Shown here piece after piece: positions 16,857 through 25,460 of a stretch of 64,000 bases of DNA (the stretch's first letter is position 1; every line of letters starts with the position of its first letter). The notes beneath the pieces are model-generated. The model saw nothing but the letters and a program-made list of their open reading frames with translations. It was not told where the DNA came from and searched no databases. Position numbers and translations under genes: made by a program. Source of the stretch: Minisyncoccia bacterium (GTDB lineage Bacteria > Patescibacteriota > Minisyncoccia > 2-02-FULL-40-12 > IGHO2-01-FULL-4-A); NCBI GenBank assembly GCA_050015375.1, contig JBEKBN010000006.1:454-64453 (forward strand), read 5' to 3'.

Positions 16857-17579
16857 TTATTTCACAAATCCGTCTTTGGAAATTATTCTTCTCTCGGTGT
16901 TTATTTCTTCTCTTTGGATGGTGCCGTCATGGATATGGATGATACGCTCGGCGCAGCCGGCGACATAAGATTCGTGAGTCACCAAAACTATGGTGTGGCC
17001 ATCGTTGTGCAATTTTTCAAAAAATTCCAGAATAACTTCGCCGGATCTTGAATCTAAACTTCCCGTCGGCTCGTCGGCGAAAATAACTTTCGGATTATTG
17101 ACCAAAGCCCGAGCGATGGCCACCCGCTGTTTCTGACCGCCGGATAATTTCGTGACTTGGAAGTCCTCGCGATCATGAAGGCCGACCAGGTCCACCAGTT
17201 TTTTGGCAATCCGAGTTCTTTCCGGCTCATCAATTCCTCCGTAGACGAGCGGAAGTTTCACGTTTTCCATGACCGATAATTTCGGCATCAAGTTGAACGA
17301 CTGAAAAACGAAGCCGATTTTTTTGTTCCTGACATCGGCCAATTCATTGTCGGAGAATTTGCTCAATTCCTTGCCGTCGAGATAATATTGGCCGCCCGAC
17401 GGCCGGTCAAGGCAACCTAAAACCTGGAGCAAAGTGGATTTGCCCGAGCCGGACGGTCCGACAATGGCCACGAATTCCCCGGAGTTTATCGTCAGGTTGG
17501 CTTTGACTATGCCGGGAGTGGCTTGGCCGTCGTCATAATATATTTTTTCGAGATTTTTGGTTTCAATTAGGATTGACAT
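16857..17579 (-). CDS. ABC transporter ATP-binding protein (MacB/LolD-like)
   Basis: Walker A GPSGSGKST, signature LSGGQKQRVAIARAL, and Walker B IFADEPT. Confidence 0.9.
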   Translation of the reverse strand: MSILIETKNLEKIYYDDGQATPGIVKANLTINSGEFVAIVGPSGSGKSTLLQVLGCLDRPSGGQYYLDGKELSKFSDNELADVRNKKIGFVFQSFNLMPKLSVMENVKLPLVYGGIDEPERTRIAKKLVDLVGLHDREDFQVTKLSGGQKQRVAIARALVNNPKVIFADEPTGSLDSRSGEVILEFFEKLHNDGHTIVLVTHESYVAGCAERIIHIHDGTIQREEINTERRIISKDGFVK

Positions 17580-19174
17580 CAGTCGGTTATTATTTTGTCG
17601 CCTTCCCGAACACCGCTAAGGATCTCCACTTTGCCATCGGAACCGTAAAGGCCGGTCTGGATCTGGACTTGAGTTGAGTGGACGCCGTCCGCCGAAAGCA
17701 ATTGGACATATTTATTCCCATTTTCACGGATGATCGTTCTTTGGGGCAAAAACAAAACATTTTGGCGGTTGTCGTTCGAGATATCAAGATTGGCGGTCAT
17801 GCCGGGTTTGATCCGGTCGTCGTTTTGGCTGAGAGTGAAAATAGTTTTGTATGTCGGCACGCCCTCGATAACCGATTCTGAAGGATAGATCTGAGAAACG
17901 ACAGCGTTCCAAGTCACATCCGGACCGTAGGCGTCGAGGGTAACCGTTGCCGGGTCGCCGACTTTGATCTTTGAAACATCAGCTTCTGGAACATTGGATT
18001 CGATCTGGTATTTGTTCATGCCGATGACAGAAACAACCGTGGCCTCGGGAGCAACAATCTCGCCGACCTGGAGATCGAAAGTAGCAATAGTGCCGGCAAT
18101 GGGCGAGCGCAAAGTATTCTTGTCGAGCTGGCTTTGGATCTGAGCCTGACTGGCTTGGGCCTGTGTCAAAGCCGCTTTGGCAATGTCGATGTCATATTGG
18201 GTCGGCGGAGCGATCTTCAAAGCCAGTTGCGACTCCAAGCTGGCGACATTATTTTGAGCGGTGATGATGGCTTGGCCTTGATCGGTAACAGCGGTGATTT
18301 GGGCTAGGACACCGGCTTTGGCCGAAACAATGACCGCTTTGTCAGCATCGGTTGCCGTGATGCCGTTTAAGCCAGTGTAGATATCATCGAGCGCGGTTTG
18401 GGTCAGGACCAAAACATTTTTTACATCCTTGATAAGCTGATTGCCATCCACCAGTGACGGATTAGTTTCATAACCGGAAATTTCAGCCACTAGCCCGCTT
18501 TGCAATACCAAGAATGCCGATGAGTTGTAGTTTCCCAAATTAGGTTTGTCATAAATAGCGAACAGAGCGTCGGCTTTATCGCCAATGATCTTTTGAAATT
18601 GGTCAAAATCAATGTTGGGATATTTTTGGGCGGAGTCGGAAACGGAAACCATTGCATTTATTGCCGTGTTCAAAGCTGTTTTTGCCACTGCCAGCGAGTC
18701 CTTGGTCAAGGTGTCGTTAAGAATGTTTTTAGCGCTGTCCAAACTTGTCTGCAAAACACTGACATCTTCCGGCCGCGGACCCTGGAGAAGCTGATCGTAT
18801 TTGGCCTGTGCCGACTGGACATTGGCCGTGGCGCCAAGAAGCTGGGCTTCCAGGTCGGACGAATCCAATTTGGCGAGAACTTGGCCGGCAGTGACTTTGT
18901 CGCCGACGGCGCCGGAGATGCTGACGACCTTTCCGCTGTGGTCGAACGACAAATTGACCTGGTCATTGGCGGAAATTTGGCCGGTCTCAGAAATAACCTG
19001 CTCAATATTTCCCTTTTGAACAGCGACGGTTTTCAGCGTTGACGGTTTAGCCCGGAACAAAAAAGCTCCGCCGGCCAAGACCAAAACGATAATTCCCGCC
19101 CAAACATATGTCCGGGGGCGTTTGAAAAAGGTCGGCTTCATAATCGGTTGATTTTCATCCATAATGTTATCCAT
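17579..19174 (-). CDS. HlyD-family periplasmic adaptor subunit (MacA-like)
   Basis: N-terminal TM, a long coiled-coil, and beta-barrel/MP domains. I placed the start at MDNIMDENQ (19174) rather than the track's 19207, which reads into the IR element. Confidence 0.75.
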   Translation of the reverse strand: MDNIMDENQPIMKPTFFKRPRTYVWAGIIVLVLAGGAFLFRAKPSTLKTVAVQKGNIEQVISETGQISANDQVNLSFDHSGKVVSISGAVGDKVTAGQVLAKLDSSDLEAQLLGATANVQSAQAKYDQLLQGPRPEDVSVLQTSLDSAKNILNDTLTKDSLAVAKTALNTAINAMVSVSDSAQKYPNIDFDQFQKIIGDKADALFAIYDKPNLGNYNSSAFLVLQSGLVAEISGYETNPSLVDGNQLIKDVKNVLVLTQTALDDIYTGLNGITATDADKAVIVSAKAGVLAQITAVTDQGQAIITAQNNVASLESQLALKIAPPTQYDIDIAKAALTQAQASQAQIQSQLDKNTLRSPIAGTIATFDLQVGEIVAPEATVVSVIGMNKYQIESNVPEADVSKIKVGDPATVTLDAYGPDVTWNAVVSQIYPSESVIEGVPTYKTIFTLSQNDDRIKPGMTANLDISNDNRQNVLFLPQRTIIRENGNKYVQLLSADGVHSTQVQIQTGLYGSDGKVEILSGVREGDKIITD

Positions 19175-19286
19175 CCCGTTAGAAGTCACTGTTGCACAGT
19201 TAATCACATAAGTTATAAAACCTGCTACAGAATGACTTTATAATTGATTCCAATTCGCGAACCCGTTAGGGTGACTTCTAACGGGA
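19174..19286. repeat. 113-bp inverted-repeat element (TCCCGTTAGAAGTCAC ... GTGACTTCTAACGGGA) abutting the macA start codon; copy A of three
   Basis: 16-bp perfect terminal IRs. The element ends exactly at the ATG of the downstream minus-strand gene. Related copies are at 52085-52197 and 58608-58685. Confidence 0.75.
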
Positions 19287-19334
19287 TCCATGATTTTGTC
19301 GTAATTCAGTAATTTTATTATAAATTATAAGAAA

Positions 19335-19766
19335 TTATCGGTCAATATTTTCGGTGATTTTTTTATTAAGAGCGGCGAACTGGGTCAGCTCGTCATCAGT
19401 TAGCGCGTCGAAAAGTTTCATCATTTTCCGCAATCCTTGTTCTTTGAACTCGTTGAACATCTTTTTCGCTTTTTCAGATAATGACAAGGCAATGACTCGG
19501 CGGTCATCGGGAGCGCCTTTGCGGATCAAATACCCGTTGTCCACTAGGCCGTCTATCAATTGTGTCGCCGCGCTACTGGAAATGTGGAGCGTTTCAGCAA
19601 TGGTCTTTACATTCGTGGAATTATTTTTAGCCACGAAAAGCAGCACAAAACCTTGAGACGGGGTAATACCCAGCTCATTTTTAGCGGTATAGCCCACCAT
19701 CAGCTTATGCTTCATGGCATGCAAATTTTGCAGGAGGTCTTCAATGATATTTTTACGATTTATCAT
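19335..19766 (-). CDS. MarR-family transcriptional regulator
   Basis: Winged-helix region GITPSQGFVLLFVAKNNSTNVKTIAETLHISSSAATQLIDGLVDNGYLIR. Confidence 0.85.
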   Translation of the reverse strand: MINRKNIIEDLLQNLHAMKHKLMVGYTAKNELGITPSQGFVLLFVAKNNSTNVKTIAETLHISSSAATQLIDGLVDNGYLIRKGAPDDRRVIALSLSEKAKKMFNEFKEQGLRKMMKLFDALTDDELTQFAALNKKITENIDR

Positions 19767-19891
19767 GAATAAACGGTTAAATTATTGAGATACTTAATAT
19801 ATTAGTACCTTACATATCCGCAGTCAATAAGCCGACAAAATATGGCCGATAAATTCTTGCTATTAATTGCTTTGATTGTTATCTTGTTAGG

Positions 19892-20983
19892 GTGAAAATC
19901 GCATTGGTTCAGGACTATCTTGTCGAATACGGCGGGGCCGAGAGGGTTCTTCAGGCGCTTTGCGAAATTTTTCCGGAGGCGCCGATCTACACTTTACTTT
20001 ATGATGAGAAAGCCAGCGGCCGGGTTTTTCGCGACCGCGAGATCCACACCTCCTTTATCCAAAAGATTCCTTTCGCCCGGCGACACCACCGATTATTCGC
20101 GGCTTTGATGCCTTTGGCCATCGAACAATTCGATCTGTCGGAATTTGATTTTGTTTTATCGAACTCGGCTTCCTTCGGCAAGGGCGTCATCACCAAACCC
20201 AAAACCACCCACATCAACTACTGCATGACCCCGACAAGATTTCTTTGGGACGACAGTCATCGTTTTATTGATGAGTTCAAATTGCCTTGGCTGATCAGAA
20301 AAATGACACCAGCCGTCATCGCTTATCTTCGGATCTGGGACAAAGAGGCCGCCTTGCGGGTGGACGAATTCGTCGCTATTTCCAACCATGTAAAAACCCG
20401 GATCGCCAAATATTATCAGCGCGACGCGAAAGTCATCACTCCGCCGATAGATGTCAGCAAATATCATATAAGCCCCGAAGTTGACGAATATTTTTTAATG
20501 GTCGGCCGCTTAGTTGCCTACAAACGCTTTGACCTGGCGATCCAGGTTTTCAACGCCATCGGCAAACCATTGAAGATCGTCGGCGATGGGCCGGAGCGAT
20601 ATCGGCTTGAAAAAATGGCCAAAAAAAATATCGAATTTCTCGGTCTTGTCTCCGATGATAAATTGCCCGGACTCTACAGCCGCGCTCAAGCGGTGATTTT
20701 CCCCCAGGAAGAGGATTTCGGTTTGGTGCCGCTGGAAGCGATGGCTTCGGGCCGGCCGGTCATCGCGTATCGCGCCGGCGGGGCGCTGGAAACGGTCATT
20801 GATGGCCGGACTGGAATATTTTTTGACGAGCAAACGGAAATCTCGATGGCTTTGGCCATCAGCAGATATTACGAAACCAAATTCAATCCCAACGTTATCC
20901 GGGCCCACGCTTTGGATTTCGACAAATCCATCTTCAAGGAGAAAATTCTCAAATTGCTTGCCCCCACACTCAATCGCGATTGA
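19892..20983 (+). CDS. family 4 (group 1) glycosyltransferase
   Basis: GTG start. GT-B fold with C-terminal motif FPQEEDFGLVPLEAMASGRPVIAYRAGG. The stop codon is supplied by a palindromic element. Confidence 0.85.
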   Translation: MKIALVQDYLVEYGGAERVLQALCEIFPEAPIYTLLYDEKASGRVFRDREIHTSFIQKIPFARRHHRLFAALMPLAIEQFDLSEFDFVLSNSASFGKGVITKPKTTHINYCMTPTRFLWDDSHRFIDEFKLPWLIRKMTPAVIAYLRIWDKEAALRVDEFVAISNHVKTRIAKYYQRDAKVITPPIDVSKYHISPEVDEYFLMVGRLVAYKRFDLAIQVFNAIGKPLKIVGDGPERYRLEKMAKKNIEFLGLVSDDKLPGLYSRAQAVIFPQEEDFGLVPLEAMASGRPVIAYRAGGALETVIDGRTGIFFDEQTEISMALAISRYYETKFNPNVIRAHALDFDKSIFKEKILKLLAPTLNRD

Positions 20984-20992
20984 GTGTGGGGG
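20961..20992. repeat. palindromic element CCCCCACACTCA-ATCGCGAT-TGAGTGTGGGGG (copy 1 of 5) at the GT4 gene 3' end
   Basis: Perfect 12-bp arms. The TGA of the right arm serves as the gene's stop codon. Family copies are at 25056, 55616, 58240 and 60021. Confidence 0.75.
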
Positions 20993-21048
20993 TTGATATG
21001 GGGATAAGCTCTTTTTTTCGCCCATCGTTTTGATGATATAATTAAAGC

Positions 21049-23559
21049 ATGCCTCCATCGCGGAATATTCTTGAGGCATTATTTGACATTCGACCGATAA
21101 CCAGATCGGGGTCTCTTGATTTTGAAAAAATCGGCAAGGTCAAAGGCCGCATTAACCTCAAGAAGAAAAAAATTGTTGAGATCGAGACAGTTTCGATCGT
21201 TAAAAAACCGCCATTAAAAAAAACATTGAGCCGCGAGGGTATTTCCAGAGAATTCGAAAGAACAATTGCCGAACCGGTGAATGTGGCCGTAGAGTTGGCC
21301 AGATTCGGCGGCAAGCTTCACGATTACGTCCGAAAAGAAAGACCGGTTGAGATCGAACCGCAGCCGGAGGAAAAGATCGTCGTCGAGAGTCGGGATCTGG
21401 AGAATTTCTGGAAAAGGGAAGACCTATTCGAACAAAGCGAAGCTGAGAGAGAAATTGAAACAGAAGCAGAACCCAAGATCGAACCCGAGATCGCTCTCGC
21501 CGTCGCCGAAAGTTACCACAGCCCAGCCGAAAGAGAGATCGAAGCCGTCCTGGATCTTTATAGAAGAAATAAAATTTCTGTCGTTTCATCGCCAAAGCCG
21601 GAAGAGGAAACTTTTCATCAAAAAAAACCGAAAACGATTCGCTACGCGATGATAGCCCTGGGATTTTTAGTGCTTTTGGGCGCGTCTTTCGCTTATCGGG
21701 GCGGAGAAGATCTGAAGAACAATGTCATGGTCAATGGCGGCAAAGCCGTCGCCAATTTGGAACAAGCCAAGGCGAATCTGGCTAATTTTAATTTTGCCAA
21801 CGCCGCCGACAATTTCGCTTCGGCCTATGACGATTTCGGCAGCGCTTCCGACAATCTCAACAGCATGGGCGCGTCGTTCTTGTCGAATTTCAGCGATCTG
21901 CCCGGACTCTCGAAGGTCAAATCAGCGAACAATTTGGTTTTGGCCGGCCAGCACATTTCCAAAGCCGGCGAGAACTTGGCTTTGGCGTTCAGCACTTTGT
22001 CGAAAACGAATTTTTTGGGCAACAACCCGCTTTCAAAATTGGTTTCCGAATTCAAACAAGTTTTGGTCAACGCCAACGCCAACATCACCGATGCTCAAAA
22101 TTTGGTCGCCGATATTGACGCCTCGGCCCTGCCGACCGACAAACAGCAGTTGTTCATTGATTTCAAAGCAAAAATTCCGGAATTTCAGCAATACATCGGC
22201 AATGCCATTGATTACTCCGATTTCCTGTCGGGCGTCATCGGGGGCGCGGGCAAGACCGAGAAAAAATATCTGATGCTTCTCCAAAACACCAGCGAGCTTC
22301 GGGCGACCGGCGGTTTTCCCGGTTCATATGCCCTGGTAACTTTTGAGAACGGTTCACTGAAAAGCGTCAGTGTTGACGATGTCTATAATATTGACGGCCA
22401 GTTAAAAGTTAATATCATTCCGCCGATCCCGCTTCAGGCGATAACGCCCAACTGGGGCATGCGGGACGCCAATTGGTTCGCTGATTTTCCGGCTTCGGCC
22501 AAAAAAGTGGAGGAATTTTACAAAATGGACACAGCCGGCGCCACCGGCACCGCCGGCGACGACGTTGATGGTGTGTTCTCCATTACGCCCCAGGTCATCG
22601 GCCAAATTCTGGATGTCATCGGCGGACTCGATATGCCCGCGTACGGAATAAAATTGGATTCAAAAAATTTCATCACCCAGATCCAGAGTCAGGTCGAATA
22701 CGGCGCCAACCGCTCCCAGCCCAAAACCATCGTCAAAGACCTTCAGCCGCTGTTATTCGCTAAACTTGCCGCCCAGGATTCCTCGAAGTGGGCCGACATT
22801 TTTAAAATTTTGGTTCAAGCCGTCGGCCAAAAACAAATTCTGGCGTATTTTAACGATGCCAAATTGGAGAACATGGCTCTTCAGAACGGTCTGGGCGGGG
22901 AGGTCAGAACAACGGCTGATGATTATTTGCAAATTGTTTTTTCGAATGTCAAAGGTTCAAAAACAGACGCCGTCATTGATAATAAATTTGATCTCAAGAC
23001 CGATTTGACGGGTGGCACGATAGCGAACACATTGACCATCACCCGGACCCACAACGGCGGCGACAGCCAGTATGGATTTTACAACAAGGTCAGTCCGACA
23101 TATGTCCGTGTCTACGCGCCGTTGGGCTCGGTTCTGGGAAGCGTGACTGGCGATTCCATCACCGATTATCGTCCTTTGATCGGCTACGCGGATTACAATT
23201 TTAAAACCGACCCGAATCTGGGCGCGGTTGAAGATACCACCATTCACCCGTTCAAAGGCGTGGATGTTTTTCAGGAATCGGGTAAAACGGTTTTTGGTTT
23301 TTGGCTGGTCTTGGATCCGAAACAAACCAAATCGGTCACTGTCAGCTACGTCTCGCCGGTTCCCGTGAATACCGGCGGTTATAGCTTGCTTTGGCAAAAA
23401 CAATCAGGCACCGGTAGTGACCCGATATCATTTCAACTGACCTTGCCCGAGGGCGAAAAGATCGCGAGCGCGTCCGACAATTCAACGATTGCCGGAAACA
23501 AATTGAATATAAATTCCGACCTCTCGGTTGACAGGGAAATAAATCTGCAAATCAAATAG
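21049..23559 (+). CDS. large membrane-anchored protein (DUF4012-like) with an acidic EPEIE-repeat N-terminal region
   Basis: 836 aa with a cytoplasmic E/P-rich repeat region, one TM (IALGFLVLLGASF) and a large extracytoplasmic domain containing the ELRATGGFPGSY motif. The family assignment is tentative. Confidence 0.6.
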   Translation: MPPSRNILEALFDIRPITRSGSLDFEKIGKVKGRINLKKKKIVEIETVSIVKKPPLKKTLSREGISREFERTIAEPVNVAVELARFGGKLHDYVRKERPVEIEPQPEEKIVVESRDLENFWKREDLFEQSEAEREIETEAEPKIEPEIALAVAESYHSPAEREIEAVLDLYRRNKISVVSSPKPEEETFHQKKPKTIRYAMIALGFLVLLGASFAYRGGEDLKNNVMVNGGKAVANLEQAKANLANFNFANAADNFASAYDDFGSASDNLNSMGASFLSNFSDLPGLSKVKSANNLVLAGQHISKAGENLALAFSTLSKTNFLGNNPLSKLVSEFKQVLVNANANITDAQNLVADIDASALPTDKQQLFIDFKAKIPEFQQYIGNAIDYSDFLSGVIGGAGKTEKKYLMLLQNTSELRATGGFPGSYALVTFENGSLKSVSVDDVYNIDGQLKVNIIPPIPLQAITPNWGMRDANWFADFPASAKKVEEFYKMDTAGATGTAGDDVDGVFSITPQVIGQILDVIGGLDMPAYGIKLDSKNFITQIQSQVEYGANRSQPKTIVKDLQPLLFAKLAAQDSSKWADIFKILVQAVGQKQILAYFNDAKLENMALQNGLGGEVRTTADDYLQIVFSNVKGSKTDAVIDNKFDLKTDLTGGTIANTLTITRTHNGGDSQYGFYNKVSPTYVRVYAPLGSVLGSVTGDSITDYRPLIGYADYNFKTDPNLGAVEDTTIHPFKGVDVFQESGKTVFGFWLVLDPKQTKSVTVSYVSPVPVNTGGYSLLWQKQSGTGSDPISFQLTLPEGEKIASASDNSTIAGNKLNINSDLSVDREINLQIK

Positions 23560-23577
23560 GCGACCCTCGGTATTTTA

Positions 23578-23603
23578 GGCGGATCTGGCAACCGCTTTTT
23601 TTA
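23578..23603 (+). terminator. putative Rho-independent terminator
   Basis: GGCGG-ATCTGGCAA-CCGC followed by T8. Confidence 0.5.
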
Positions 23604-23630
23604 TCGTTCTTATCGTGGTAGTTTTATCTC

Positions 23631-25460
23631 ATGCAAAACATCCGCAATTTTTGTATAATTGCTCACATAGACCATGGCAAAAGCACCTTAGCCGACCGGC
23701 TTTTAGAATTGACGGGCACAATTGAAAAGCGCAAAATGCACGAACAATTTCTGGACCAGATGGAATTGGAGCGTGAAAGAGGGATTACCATAAAACTCCA
23801 ACCCGTCCGCATGCAATACGGCGAATATATTTTGAATTTAATAGATACGCCGGGCCATGTGGATTTCACCTACGAAGTTTCTCGTTCGCTGGCGGCGGTG
23901 GAGGGTGCGATTTTACTTGTGGATGCCGCCAAAGGCGTTCAAGCCCAGACACTGGCCAATTTGCATTTGGCGCAAAGACAGAATTTGGTCATTATTCCGG
24001 TCATCAACAAAATTGATCTACCCAATGCCAGAGTGGCCGAAGCCGAAGAAGAAATTTCCAATTTGCTTGCCGTTGAACCGGACGAAATTATCAAGATTTC
24101 CGCCAAGACCGGTGAAGGCGTGGAGAAAGTTCTTGAAGCGGTTGTCGAAAAAATTCCCCCGCCATCTACTCACTACTCACTACCAACTACCAACTATCCT
24201 CGCGCCCTGATTTTTGATTCCGCTTTTGACGCTTACAAAGGCGTTGTCGCTTATGTCAGGATTTTTGACGGCAACTTCCGGGCCGGAGACAAAATTAAAC
24301 TTTTCGCTTCCAAAGCCGAAGCCGAGATAATCGAAGTTGGTCAGTTTAAACCCGCCTTGAGCAAAACCGATTCTATCGGCGAAGGTGAGATCGGCTATAT
24401 CGCCACCGGTTTGAAAAATCCCGGCGATGTCCGCGTTGGTGATACGGTTTTCTCTACAAACTATAAACCACAAACTACAAACTTTTCACCCCTTCCCGGC
24501 TACAAAGAACCGATGCCGGTGGTTTTCGCCAGTTTTTTTCCGGAAAAAGGGGAAGATTATGATCTGCTGAAAGACGCGCTGGGAAAACTGAAATTGACCG
24601 ATGCCTCGCTGACTTATGAACCGGAATCTTCACCAGCCCTCGGCCGGGGTTTTCGCCTTGGCTTTCTGGGTATGCTCCACACCGAGATCATCAGTGAGCG
24701 GTTGCGCCGGGAATTCAAATTGTCGCTGATAATTTCCTCGCCGTCGGTGGAATATCACATTTTGAAAAAGAACGGCCAAGAAATTCCCATCCGTTCGGCA
24801 TCAGAGATGCCCAATCCGAGTTATATTGATAAAATTTTCGAACCGACGGTTGTGCTGGAATTGTTGAGCCCATCTGAATATCTCGGTTCATTGATGAAAC
24901 TTCTTTCCGAAATGCGAAGCTCTTATCTAGCCACTGATTATTTGACCAAGGAAATCGTGATTTTAAAATACAAAGTCCCGCTGACTGAAATTGTGACCGA
25001 TTTTTATGACAAACTGAAAAGCGTCAGTTCCGGTTACGCTTCGATGAGTTATTCACCCCCACACTCATTAGATGAGTGTGGGGGCAAGCAGGATGGCTAT
25101 GAGGAATCTGATCTGGTTCGGCTGGATATTTTGGTGGCCGGGGATTTGGTTGAACCGTTTTCGAGAATGGTTCCGAGATCGCGCGTTCATGACGAAGGCA
25201 AGAGAATTGTCGAGAAGTTGAAGAAAATAATTCCGCGGCAATGGTTCGCGGTGGCGATCCAAGCGGCCATCGGCGGGAAAATAATCGCTCGGGAAACCAT
25301 CAGCGCTTTGCGAAAAGATGTTACCGGTTATCTCTACGGCGGGGATATTACCCGCAAGAAAAAATTATTGGAGAAGCAAAAGAGGGGGAAGGCGAGGATG
25401 AAAGAGGAAGGCAAGGTGAATATTCCGCAGAATGTGTTTCTGGAGATGCTGAAAAAGTAG
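23631..25460 (+). CDS. lepA: elongation factor 4 (LepA)
   Basis: IRNFCIIAHIDHGKSTLADRLL...DTPGHVDF and a C-terminus matching E. coli LepA. Contains three in-frame repeat insertions. Confidence 0.92.
   Translation: MQNIRNFCIIAHIDHGKSTLADRLLELTGTIEKRKMHEQFLDQMELERERGITIKLQPVRMQYGEYILNLIDTPGHVDFTYEVSRSLAAVEGAILLVDAAKGVQAQTLANLHLAQRQNLVIIPVINKIDLPNARVAEAEEEISNLLAVEPDEIIKISAKTGEGVEKVLEAVVEKIPPPSTHYSLPTTNYPRALIFDSAFDAYKGVVAYVRIFDGNFRAGDKIKLFASKAEAEIIEVGQFKPALSKTDSIGEGEIGYIATGLKNPGDVRVGDTVFSTNYKPQTTNFSPLPGYKEPMPVVFASFFPEKGEDYDLLKDALGKLKLTDASLTYEPESSPALGRGFRLGFLGMLHTEIISERLRREFKLSLIISSPSVEYHILKKNGQEIPIRSASEMPNPSYIDKIFEPTVVLELLSPSEYLGSLMKLLSEMRSSYLATDYLTKEIVILKYKVPLTEIVTDFYDKLKSVSSGYASMSYSPPHSLDECGGKQDGYEESDLVRLDILVAGDLVEPFSRMVPRSRVHDEGKRIVEKLKKIIPRQWFAVAIQAAIGGKIIARETISALRKDVTGYLYGGDITRKKKLLEKQKRGKARMKEEGKVNIPQNVFLEMLKK
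24166..24200. repeat. heptamer tract (CTACTCA x2, CTACCAA x2, CTATCCT) in frame inside lepA, encoding STHYSLPTTNYP
   Basis: Five 7-nt units with a CTA anchor. Absent from E. coli LepA at the equivalent PAPQGDPDAPLQ position. Confidence 0.65.
24454..24488. repeat. heptamer tract (CTACAAA/CTATAAA/CCACAAA/CTACAAA) in frame inside lepA, encoding TNYKPQTTNF
   Basis: Same unit as the tpiA tract. About 7 extra residues relative to E. coli LepA. Confidence 0.65.
25056..25084. repeat. palindromic element CCCCCACACTCA-TTAGA-TGAGTGTGGGGG (copy 2) inserted in frame in lepA, encoding SPPHSLDECGG
   Basis: Perfect 12-bp arms with a 5-nt loop. Adds about 11 residues relative to E. coli LepA between GYAS and SDLV. 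Confidence 0.75.

Noticed and set aside
19175-19207. N-terminal extensions MINCATVTSNGM, MISCETVTSNGM and MNYTILTGLSNGM on macA, PAP2 and htrA in the ORF track
   Set aside because: The shared VTSNGM/LSNGM peptides come from reading through the conserved arm of the inverted-repeat element. Internal ATGs right at the element boundary give normal N-termini.
20510-21079. 189-aa minus-strand ORF
   Set aside because: Antisense to the well-supported GT4 glycosyltransferase gene. It has no motif and no ribosome-binding site, so it is most likely spurious.
21722-22273. 183-aa alternative-frame ORF inside the 836-aa gene
   Set aside because: Same strand but a different frame from a long, coherent ORF. 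Pro/Ser-rich junk translation.
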